Below, piece after piece: positions 36,901 to 49,031 of a DNA stretch of 64,000 bases. Origin of the DNA: Fimbriosthenelais zetlandica (lineage: Eukaryota); the NCBI GenBank assembly GCA_977030845.1, contig OZ365114.1:17546001-17610000 (forward strand), in the 5' to 3' direction. The notes below the pieces were generated by a model that saw nothing but the letters and a program-made list of their open reading frames with translations, was not told the DNA's origin and ran no database searches. Made by a program: the position numbers and the translations under genes. The first letter of the stretch is position 1. Each line of letters opens with the position of its first letter.

Positions 36901-38907
36901 TCTGCAGGTGTAGTAGCCAACAGGTATCCTCCTGACCTCCCTCACCTCATGAACCTCATAGCTTATAGGTGGACACCTATATGAAGCATCTATACATGAC
37001 TATATTAAAGAGAAATATAGATCACTCTTAGACCTATATAATGTTCCTGTCTTCAGTAATTAAAGGGACTACTAATATTATAAGTCGTTCCCATATCAAA
37101 GGATTAGTAGGCCTATATTAATGATGTTAAAGCAAGTTAGAAAGTGTAACTAATAATACCTGATCCCTGGATCCTGGGGTAATAGTAATAATTCTGCTTC
37201 CTTTCAAATTACCGGTCTGTAAATAGGACTTCCTGGGTTGAACGTGTCTTGTAGTCATAATGTTGTAAAATGGAGCTCGAAGTACTAATTTTCTGGGGTT
37301 GCTTCCTCTTTTTCCAATAAGATATTCAATGATTTGCTGGGATGAATAGGCATGCAACGCATTTACTTATTTAAAACATGGATTAATTTGTTGAGATTCT
37401 TGCTAGAGCAAAAAAAACATTTCTTAAAATACCCTGCATATTTCTTAGATTTGTTGTCGGGATCTTTACGGATTATTACTCATTTTTAAAAAGAGATATA
37501 ATAATTATAACTATAGATGTATAAGAAAAATACATATTTTTATTTTAGAATGATTTGTATGCCTAAGTTTCTGAAAAGACAGTTTCATACCAAGCATTAT
37601 ATCAATCTTCCTGTCCGGAATATCTTACCTCGGTATTTGTGCAATCGATCAGAATGTTTGTCATCATTCTATGAGCAAGGTAGATGTGATACCTATAATC
37701 AAGCATTGACCAGTTTGCGCAGGATATGGTCTCATGGCGGATGGGGATGCAACCATTATGACTGCAGAGTACTACAAAAATGAAATTATTCAAAATGATA
37801 AACAAACATCCAACTGAACAACTAAATCGAAGTTTTCTTGATTCCGTATGCACTGACTACATGTATGATTGTTTCTAATTTGTTTACGTTTCGCCATATT
37901 GGAAAATTATAAAACCATGGAAACAATGGAGGGAAATGCATAAATCTAACCAAACATATAGAGCGATAGATGCTCTTCATAGTCCCTGCCTATTTGGAAG
38001 TATATAGCAGTAGAGCTGTTATTATAATAGTAGGAAATGTCAAGATAACAGAAGGCAATCTTATGAGTCAAAGCCCGGTATGAAATTCAACATAGTAGAG
38101 ATCGAATAGATGACACCAATCTCATTACGACGCATTCATGTTACATAACTGAACAGGTAAGCTTTCTGGATTAGTCGAAGTAGGTGGGAGCAATATCAAG
38201 ATTTACTGGTATTTTCAAGTATATGTGATCAGTCGTGCCTTTCCCCAGGGAATCAAATTGGAAGATACACATAATGCCAACCCCGTGGTCACATAAGGTA
38301 ATCTAGGTGTTCAGGAGGTTTATACAGTACACGTTATTAGCGAAATTTCAATGGAGAACCTGTCAGCTCCATTAATAACGTATTCATTAATCATGCATGA
38401 AGCACGACACGCTTCAGAACTATAACAATGTAGGACTGTATCAATGGCAGAGGCAGTCCGACCAGACCGCTAGAAAGCCTGCCACAGGTAAACTGTTACC
38501 ATGAGAATAATGCATAGAGAAATATTGATAATTCATGCATAAGGAAGTATGGCTTATGGTTTACCTTGGTCCTCAGAATCAGCGACCACCAATAAATGAG
38601 TAAGTCCACTTGAAAATATCACTGATTCAATGGTGTGAACAAACTTAATTTGCCGCAATTCTTTGCAGTAGGCTTCCGTTCGCTGGTCATTGAAAGCTAA
38701 AAATGGAAAGAGAATAGCAATCTGCAATGAAACAAGGCCCTCAGTAAATTAATTGATTGAAGGATTAAAAGTAATTTTAGCTATATAGGGGCTTATATTA
38801 ATAATGATAATGAAATACGTTAAAAACTTACCCAAAGCAGATAGGTTCCATCCATGAGACATGCTCATGAACACGGAGAGTAGGAGACACCACAAGGCTT
38901 CCCACAT
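33943..38907 (-). CDS. Divergent ionotropic glutamate receptor family protein, ~654 aa, short N-terminal domain
   Basis: Twelve phase-consistent exons: 38907-38832, 38696-38565, 37771-37629, 37336-37160, 36999-36823, 36173-36082, 35881-35791, 35506-35354, 35239-35050, 34915-34698, 34578-34298, 34177-33943. Motifs: signal peptide MWEALWCLLLSVF; GYCIEFLEMISDMLNF; WNGLIGMM; LTITSHREEVVDFTLP; M3 LAATYCANLTASL; GFGFALPEGSPYKELFD; TM4 followed by a short tail. The N-terminal exons 2-5 are less certain. Confidence 0.88.
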
Positions 38908-39320
38908 CTCGGAATCCAGGCTACCTGACAAATGAGGAAAGTTGCATTTACTACCTGCAATCAAGCAGTAACAGCCGCTATATAGGGAGAGTGCTGGGCG
39001 GGGTGGGGGGATTGTGTGTAGGGGGTCATAATAAGGCGTCTATACCTAATACACCCAGTCCCCGATTGTACCTATGATGAAAGTTCAAATCAAGGTTATA
39101 CTCATCGTTTCCCACAATACTCTGCCTAATAATTAATCAATTCCATTGCCATTTCAAGCGACTATTAGGCCTAGGTCTATATAACTGAGTGCAGTATTCA
39201 TTGCCAAACCTGTCCGTCATAAGTGATGCACAGTATGACAATATCACTGGGTTCAATTATGGCAGGATAGAACCGTACATTTTTTAAGATCGATTTTAAG
39301 GCTTGTTTGTTTGGTCTGAC

Positions 39321-42300
39321 ATGGCGGGAAAGCAGTGGCGCCGCACTAGCGTCGCTCCGTGGCCTATCAATGAACTACAAAAGAAGCACTTCCGGTTGGG
39401 GAAACCCACCGAGTCGTGGGCGGAACAAGACTGTGTTTACATTACAAAGAAATCTTTAACAGAAGGTAATTCTTTCATTATTTGAGGGTAAATAGTCGCC
39501 TATATTTGTTTTCTGTCTGTTGTTTCAATTGGATCTGCTTGTCATGTTTGATTACAACTTTGAACAGCCTGCAAGAAACTTTATTTATGTCTAGCTTTCG
39601 CCATGTCTTATATTATCGCCCAATACGGAAAGCATTGAAATGTACCTACCTGCCCTATTTAATGGCCAGTCATCACTGGAAAATCATTGATCTGCAGGTA
39701 GACAGGGTATTAATAGACCTGCCATGAACAATCTAAAATAACAATTCTGTCATGTCATACACTATAATACAGAAAGCCCATTCATCACAGTCAATATCTC
39801 AGTCAGTGCTTCCATTTTAATTTTTAGACCTCAAAATGCAGTCCTCAAATTTATCAGGGACCTGGGGTGATGTAGCAGGAGAAGTGGACAATTTATTACA
39901 GGAACACAGAGAAGGAGTGAGGAATGAAAACCCATATATCGGTATGCATAACCTGTTTAAAGTCACGACACATTCCCTAATATTGTAAATGCCTACTCCA
40001 ATGATTCAGTCCCTCCCACAGGTCTAATGAATTTGATAGAAACAGATAGACCTACATTTTAATTTCTCTTACTAGGTATCAAAAAGGACCATTGGAGGTC
40101 ATCAAATGTTCCGCGTTGTATGAATATGAAATGTGACAAGAAGTTTTCTTTAACAGAGAGACATCACCACTGTCGACGGTGAGAATAATGATCTTGAATA
40201 TTTGTACCATCCATGTATTCCAGTCGTTGCCTCCTCATGCATGAATTATCTAGTATATCATTTCTGAATGTAATAGCTGCTTTGCATTCTAAATAATAGG
40301 TCTTAATAAATATAATTATGAGGTTATTTTAGAATATACGTATTTGTAAACAGGTGTGGGAATGTGTTTTGCCGTGCATGCTGCTGCTATAAGCGTCGTC
40401 TCAATGTGCTGGCATGCCCCGATCCTGGCGGTAGAATGTACAAAGTTGGTGACCTTCTTATTTGCATGGACACTCTATAACCTGGGACTTAAGAAGATTT
40501 GTATTGTTCATTTTGTTTCAATATTTTCTTATGTAATGTAGGTATGTGAGGCTTGCTTCGAGGAGCCCCAAACTTTAGGCGCTCATAGAAACCTCATTGA
40601 TGTCTTCAATAGCCACCGATGGGCGCTAGTGCAGCGTACTGCCAAGCATGGAGATGTAGTGGATGGAAGGGTAGACTTAATACCTGGCCTTAAGTCAAGG
40701 TATGGAACTAAATATCACAATTCCCTCAGATCCCCATTGTATTTTATCGACACCTATTAATAATATCTTTACGTTTTATACAATAATAATTCTGTTTTAG
40801 ATCTGGTGCTCTCAGGGCATGTAGTCGACTGACTGATGGCTTTCAGATTTCCCGCCAAGCAAATGTATTATCAAAGGCTGCCACCAACCTCACCAGTCTC
40901 GTCAAAAGACCCAGCTGGAAACAGGCTCCAAACTATGTAGTAAGTATAAAGTTAACACCTCTAGTCTAAAGTAATTCAAATGTTTAATTATGAAGAGTTC
41001 TTTAATTTCCATGATCTTCCTCGGTTGCAGTACGAGAGGCTCGTACCTCAGTGTCGCCACTGTTCTACACACTTCTCTCTCATCCACCCACGACATTTCT
41101 GCTGTGTTTGTGGATCAGCAATGTGTAGGCCTTGTTCAGGGTCAGACCTCATAGTTTATGTTGATCCCAGTGAAGAAGCGATGACTGTGAAATGGGCAAT
41201 AATCAAAATAATCGGCGTGAGTTGTAATATTTGACGGATGATAATTTCGATGATGGTCTCATAGAATTGTGCCTTTCAGCTGAAATCATATGGATGATCT
41301 TTTTTAAAGTTTTCCCTGATTATTTCTATTAGTGCCCAGATAAGGAGCCAGCTGTTTGTGAATACCTGAGGTTGTGTTCACCCTGTAAGGACAAGCTTTG
41401 TGAAATACAGTGTCAGCATTATCAACAGAGCATGCAACCGGTGGACACCGACTCTGTGTGGCAGGATATGGATAAAATCTACTCCGGCCTTCACAATATA
41501 AGAGAGAAGATAGACAAATACCTCCCCATGGTAACTACAGTTCTACATGTCATTCACCAGATGTTTTCACAAAGACACACAATTTTGCTTTGTATAAAAA
41601 TCAATGAAAACATTTTCGATATTTTTCCTATTTCAGTATCAGGATCTGGTGGAGTCCCTATATGAGGGATCTCCAAGCAAGCAGGATCCTGGAAGCCAAA
41701 CCAAACTACTTGCAAAAGCTCAAGTACGTCTTGCTGTAGTCACGACTGTCTTTTCTGCCATTTTGAATAAGCTCTTTGCTCATCCGATATAACCGTTGTG
41801 TTTCAGGGCGACCTGTCTGATCATTTTACTAAACTGGTGGTTACAGCTCAAGGTATGAAAACATTAAAACCTAACACAAAGTGCCAGCTCACTATTGTCA
41901 AGAACATGACCAAGGTATGTCCAAATTCTATATAGATTAACCTTGAAACCTTCATTTCATACCCGAAAGGTAATCTCTTATAGCATTTCCTGTTATTTCG
42001 TCTCTTTCAGAGCACGTTTCAGTTCTACCATGAGAATATATTTGTCTTCCGGGAACAGCAGCGCCGCCTAGAAGAAATCACTCCAATTGACGTACTCAAT
42101 GATATTCAGAACATTGTCAACAGCGATGTGAGTCCTTTCCCCATCTTAAAATGGCTAAAACCAAAATTGTATAGATACGGTAGGCCTATGTACTATTATG
42201 TCATTTCAATACATACTGATCAGCTTCTTTCTGTTCCTAGGCCATCAACAGTTGCTATCTCTCGGTTAAGCAGCTGGTTTTAGAGATTCTCCATGCGACT

Positions 42301-42832
42301 ACTAAATATAATCTACATGAAACCTTACTGCTTATTATAACACCATTAGAAGAGGTTAGTCTATTTTACAAGCCTAAGTAATAGGTTATGACTTTCAAGA
42401 ACTTTCCTAGAATAATGTGGACAAAACATCTTTCTTCAGGAGGTTCTCAATCATCTTCAAAAGACAGTGGTTAGATCTGGTGAGAATTGGGAGGAACATC
42501 AGTCTTGCGTCAATCTACTGTTGTCCATACAACTCAAGGTGTGTGGCCCACTATACTATTGTCTTAAAATTTGTGACGTGGGAGGCAAAGGTTGGACAAT
42601 GTACATAATGTAATTTTCGACTTTTCTTTAGGATCACAAGTTCATCAGGATTCCGGGCCATGTGCTAGATGGTAGTATGAGGGAGCGCCTCTTGTGGCAG
42701 AGAGCCACTCACCTCCTGGTCCAGATACAGTTACAACTACTGGCCAAAACCTCCGATAATAGCTTCACCTCCACTAAAGCTGCCCTAGATGACATGATGC
42801 CGTGTCTATTAGACCAGATACCACAGTCTTAG
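39321..42832 (+). CDS. Double-FYVE protein, Vac1/Pep7/rabenosyn-5-like, ~581 aa
   Basis: Thirteen phase-consistent GT-AG exons: 39321-39465, 40076-40178, 40354-40444, 40542-40699, 40801-40939, 41031-41216, 41333-41530, 41637-41723, 41807-41914, 42011-42127, 42241-42354, 42440-42538, 42632-42832. FYVE1 is [30 protein letters not shown]...KVCEAC; FYVE2 is CRHCSTHFSLIHPRHFCCVCGSAMCRPC...RLCSPCK; a helical region (KIYSGLHNIREKIDKYLPMYQDLVESL) follows. Confidence 0.92.
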
Positions 42833-45800
42833 AACTCCACCTTGTGAATAGCATTCATGAACCAGGCCAGTGATACTTTCGTCCAATCTTAAATGGTTGA
42901 TTTTTTATACCAATATAAATTTGGCTGTCATAGATTCAAAAGTAAATACCGTATAGGCCTATACTATATATAGGAATAGCGGCATGGAATAGTTATAAGA
43001 ATCCAAGACTCCATATTTTTGTGTTATATTTTAAGCCGAGATAATAGGAACTCTTGAGACATTGTCTTATATATAGCAACTAATAGAGTAATAGGCTAAT
43101 AGACCTATATTATGGAGTTGGCCTACTTTTTATGTGGAGAGGACAATGCTGACATTAACTACACTACGCGAAAATAAATGCAAATGCCCTTAGACCAGAA
43201 CGTAACTATATATTAAGCTTTCACAATACATAAGTCCTCTTGAAAGTTTCCATGGTGACGATGCCACCCTCTCATGTCACAAGAACAAACGACGATTGTT
43301 GATTGTGACCTTGACCGACCTTGAGTAACTCGCTGACATACTGACTTCCCATTTTATCCGCTGTGTGTCGCCCCAATGTATCGGCGCTGTCCTCCTTGGT
43401 TTCAACAGTTTCCTGGCACATATCTGTCATCAAGTCAAGATTTTGTGCGAGATAAGAAATGAGCTAATACCCAAAACAAAAGTTTAAATGGGTGAAATAG
43501 TTGACACATAGATTATACAATCATACAGATACAGAGGACCTGAAGGATGTGTCAATAGACAATGATTAGCAATGTGAATTCTATGGGAAATGTTTCCGCT
43601 GAAACGGGCCATGCTCCCCTCCTCTAGCCCACACAGGGAGACCACATACAATGTCGTTATATGAACCCCATGCTACTATAATTATATTGTATGAATCGGG
43701 GAATCATTGGCTAAAGAATATATTAATTGACATAACAATTGTTCCAGTAATTATAAAGGCCCCCTGAATGTATTATGCTGATTTTATAATGATAAGTTTA
43801 TGACTTAAAGATGTTTTTAGTTAACTCTCAGAAATTAATGTTAAGGAACGGCCCCTGAAAATACGCCGAATGTTGGTATGGTAAATGTAGAAATGTTCCT
43901 CAATTAAATTTAAGAGAAAATTCTATAATACAAACTTGAGCAAACTATATTCATTCATGCTACATGTGGGAGGCTGGGACTATTTCTGAACTTTTCCACG
44001 CTTCCCATGGATTTTTTTCATGGGGGTCAAATAACCTGCTGGCGGTGGATGACATAATTCATCTGGTTATGTACCATGAATGGTTTCTGTTGTCTTGGTA
44101 ACGTATGACAAGGACGCGTTCCACTGTCGTATTAACTCCAGAGGCAATGTTTGAATATATCCAATATTTATTTGGTTTATGTATTTGATTTTTGTTTTGT
44201 TTTCTAAAAGTATCGTGGAGAAACAGTTCCAGTCGTGATCGAATATGCTCAACCCAATTATTTTAACGATTTCCCCTCCGCTTGCCTCCCCCGTTTTATA
44301 ATAGACACTCGTCCCCTATGGGGGAACCCTCTTTCGCTCTCCTCCACATGTGCTGAAACGATGAAAAACTTTTACCAGACGCCAGAAAAAGGAGACAGAG
44401 ATGAAACGTGAATAAAAAAGTATTCTTGGACCACATATGGACGGCTATCATCCTGAAAATAACCAAAGGCCCATATCTCCCTACAGCAGATGAAATGAAA
44501 ACATTCTGGGAGAGAAAAAAGCTCAGGGGCAGTCAACCGGAAGTTTATCACAGAAGCGGCGCAGAGAATGTAGAGGGCGCTTTAGGTCAATAGAGTAGGG
44601 GTATAGTAAGGCACTAACCTACAAACATGGTCTAACTTAAGTCATGGTATGCTAGAGCAATGACTGGATGTTTAGAATTTTTCCCTTGTCAAGGCTTGTC
44701 CTATTGTTATCTACTCTCAGTGAGGCTCTCAAAACAGTATGGGTGCTTAAGAGACAAAGTTGTAACATTATGCCTGGCCACGATCCCGTCTCCCTTCTCA
44801 AATGACAAAGGACCATGACATTCTTGGGTGCTCTATTGTTTTAAGTTAAAGCATCATCTTCGGACAGTCCAAAAATATATAGCCACAATCCCCTTATCAT
44901 TATTAATATCCCCTTTTCATTATTTGCCTATTCCCTTCACCTCGGCCACTGACTCACCCATTGAGTAATTTGGAGCCCCTATATCCCCCACCCACCCAGC
45001 ACCTCATCCCCATATGGTTTGATCAGAAGGGATCATCTCGCAGCATAGATTATCCCTGTTATCTCCCGGTCTGCTCCCAGGGGAGCTTGTCTCGAGCACG
45101 TCTGAGTGGTTCCAGATTCCTGCCCCGGCAGCTAGTGACTCTCTCCTCTAGTATTTACATGTCATGCCTTCTGACTCTGGCCTATTTCAAGTCTTCATCT
45201 ATAATATGATCATGTCACCCAAAACCTACAGAAAAGAGCTGTTGCTGCACCTCTTTAATAGTCTGCTGCTGCAAGACTGACAAAGATCAATGCATATCAT
45301 CGGCTTAATTATGATTTCCCCTGGCCACAGGTCTATGCCACTTTTTAAAGCCATTAACCTATTACAAACGTTAGTCTCAATCCCAAGATTTTCATGACCA
45401 TCTACTGCATCTAAAGCCTACTCGTTTTTCAGAGTAGACGTCGCTAAATGGGTTGTCAATGATTCAGTGGATCCTCCATGTGTTTAATACTCCCCCCTGG
45501 CGGTGACAAATGAAGTCACAATGCAGTGATGACATGTAGAACATATACAGCGTTCCTACCGTTATGGAAAGTTCTCCAGGGTTTGTGACCTACTTGAGAA
45601 TTATTTGTGTCAGAACTCTTGTAGGAATCGGGATGGTCTGCCTCTCACTGGAACATCTTCAATAGACTTATTCCAGTCAATGGCACAAAGAGTTATTTTT
45701 TGTTTCAATGGCCTTTTATTAGTTAGGATACTAGCTATCATACTGAATCATTACATTTTCTGGATACCTTTAATTAAAATTAATTTGAAATTCAAATTAC

Positions 45801-48800
45801 TTTTCATTCAGTTTGAAAGGACAATATACAAGTGGTGGGATTTTATCATTAATTGGTATTACCACATTATAGATGCCCTTCAAGTACAAAGACACTCTGG
45901 ATATTTTCACAAGAAGCAAACTAAGAGAAATTAAATGATAAATATTTGGCCCTGAACCACTCTACCACCCCAACTTGGACCTATACTCTTTGCTTGGACT
46001 AAACGAGTGCAAGGGTACTCAAAGCTAGCTGCTACTTTATGATTAATTGGCTTAGAGAAACAGTTTGGGTGGGGGTGAAGGGGTGGGGGGTGGGTGTGCA
46101 AATAAATAATCAAAATGTATAAACAGCTGCATCCCAACAGATAAGCTGATCTCGTGGATAAATATACATTTATGGCAGTGGACCGCCACATGGAATTTCT
46201 TATATCTTCTGCCACCCTACATGTATCAACACGTACTTAATCTAAGGGGGGCTCTGCAGGGTGTCTAAGTCACCATATCATGATCTAATAATAATGGAAT
46301 TTTCATTTATCAATCTTTAATTGCAGAGTATGGATTAAGTAACTTTTGGCAGATAATTCTCAGCAAACTTTGATCCGTGCCATACTCTAGGCTTGAAACA
46401 GTTGATTAGCCTAATCATTCCGGAAGAAATTCCTTTAAGAGGAGGTTATTTTTGGCATTTTTTCTCTTCTAGATATTTGTATCAGATCAACTGAGCTAAC
46501 ATATTGAGCCAATATAGCAGATACCATAGATAAGCCAGTTTATAAAAAGAAAATAACTATAAACGTGTATTATGTTTGAGAGAGGGGATTGAATGTCAGT
46601 GGCTGAGCGAGATCACGTCGAACCCGAGAGTTCTCCTTTCAAAGTTGCAGGTCTCCCGCTGGTGTTTATGGACTATTGTTTTCCACTCTGGGGACATTTT
46701 TAGGTTGAGAGGACCGTTCATAACTTTTACTTCCGGAAAACCCTGAGTAAATTTCATACTTATAAGACAGCATTCTTATAACACCATCCCTCGATCACTA
46801 CAATCTAGAACATGTTGGCTCTTGTTCCCCTGCCACACTTTGGCCCCTTCTTCACTTGTCCCCCATGTTGCAATGTATATTTAGATTAATCCCCTATGAC
46901 TTAATGGTATCCTCCAACCCATAAATATAGAGGTCTATTAACATATTAGGTGGTCCTCAGCCTTTATCCTATTGTTGACTATTGACATACAATAGTTGGA
47001 TGGGTTAATGGTTGAGTACTGCCACGTCCCGTGAATGATAAATAGCAGTCAACCTCTGGGCTCTACTGTTCCCGCGCCGCTACTGTCTGGGTTTTCTCAT
47101 CAGTTAATTCAGAACCATAATCCAAAATCATATGCCATGACTTGACATCCCATAATATGTACATGTATGTATAATGAAAGATAACATGAAACTTTAATAT
47201 TTAATATCCTAGATATACAGCTGAAACATAATCCAATTCATTTTTTTGTTATTTTTTATTATATTATAATATTATATTTCTTATCATATTATATTTCATA
47301 TTATATCATATATATTTGTACGGTAAAAACATGTAAAAAAGAATTATCGACATAATAGCTGCTGTATGAAGGGGAATCCCTGGCAGTGATGTGAGCCGTG
47401 ATATCACGGATGATCAGGATATTGAAGGTCAACATTTAAATGTTACACGTGTGTCACCAAAGATATAATAATTAATATGGAAATATATAATCTGGTGACC
47501 CGAATATTCACCATTGTCAGTTTAACGAGTGTTTAGTGCTTTATAATGCACCCATCTGCGGTTTTTTTGCTAAGTTTTCAGAATCTAGGTAGAAATATTA
47601 AATTAGGGGGGATGCGAAAGGGACATACAGAGAAACATTTGGTAGATAGATGAATGGGTAGTGAAAGGAGAACACGTGCGTTTGATCAACGAGTATTGGT
47701 TTGATTTAGTTTCAATTTTAATAGCAATGCCAATTAATTTAAGTACATGATACAAAAGTGATAAAGTATATATAATTATGTAAAACCAAAAAGTGCCATA
47801 TGACCCTAAAAGTTATCTGGATATCCAAATATGTTCGTGATAAAATCGCAATTTGACTGATTTTATAATGATATTCTTAAATGTGGACGTTCATCATCCC
47901 GCAGTAGACATAAGATGGGACCCCTCGTTAACCTATGACACTTGCCAGCCCCCTACCCTTCATGATTGACCTTCTGAATGACCCCTGATAAGTGACCTTG
48001 ACATTGATGCTACTAATGGGAGGGGGTATAAGGTATCATGGAGTGTCTCCTCAGATCCCAAATCCACTTCAATGACTTGGATCCGATTCCACTCTAGATC
48101 AGGATGACGATTTGATGCACAAATTCCGAGAATTCAAATCTGCCCAACTGCATTTGCAAACGGTATGAAAAGAGTGAATCATATAGGCTACTGGAGCGGG
48201 GTTAACCACAAAAATTTGTCTTATTTCATTTCCATGATGAAATAAGATCAGGGGCGCGCATTGTATCCCATGGGTATATGGACCTTTTCACTCAGAAGTA
48301 TAGCCAAACCTATACAGGCGTACCTACAAACGTGATCTAAAGAATATCTTATCTGAGATTAAAATGAAGATCATATTAACCCTTTTATCTCTAACTTGTA
48401 AAACTGAGGACATTTCATTTGGACATTAGCTTGCCCATCTTCTTGGGGTAAAAGATGCCCCCTGGAGTCTAAGTCACCCTGTGTCCCGGTAGGAGGCAGG
48501 CGAGGTATCCCTGGTATCCCCTGGCCTGGGTTGTCATGGTGAATGGGGTCAAGTGTGGCGAGGTCAACTGGAGAATGTCAAGGCCATCCCTTGCTGAGGT
48601 TCCTCGTCTCAGATCTGTGAAATGATTGGGGTTAGGGTCGGGGGTGGGGCAGAAGCCGTCCCTTATATAAAATGCTCCATTATAGCCTATAGATTATAGG
48701 TACCAAAAAGTACCGCCTATTGGGGTACCGCCTGTAATATCATATGTAACAATTTGCGATTTTAAATTTTGGACAGGTTTCTCTGGACTTCTTTTGGACT

Positions 48801-49031
48801 TTGAGAAATAATATTTATATTAATTCTTCTATACTGCCTTTAATGAGAGGAAAATGTGGAGGGAATGCAAGTCTATGTTGATATCCATCACTGACTGACC
48901 AGTGGTCTGGATTAGATTAATCCAGTGTAAACTTGGGCAATTCCCTTGGGGACATGGGGTCTCGTCATATGGGAGACTTAAAGGTGTCAGACCAGAGACC
49001 CTATCTGGTCAGGCGGAGGATGTGGCCAGTA

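Noticed and set aside
44400-45450. Possible degenerate non-LTR retrotransposon reverse transcriptase
   Set aside because: Only vague fragments (PGHDP, EMKTFW) appear among stops, with no diagnostic QG/DD motifs; a translated search would be needed.
46598-46665. tRNA/SINE A-box-like AGTGGCTGAGCG
   Set aside because: No B box or cloverleaf follows.
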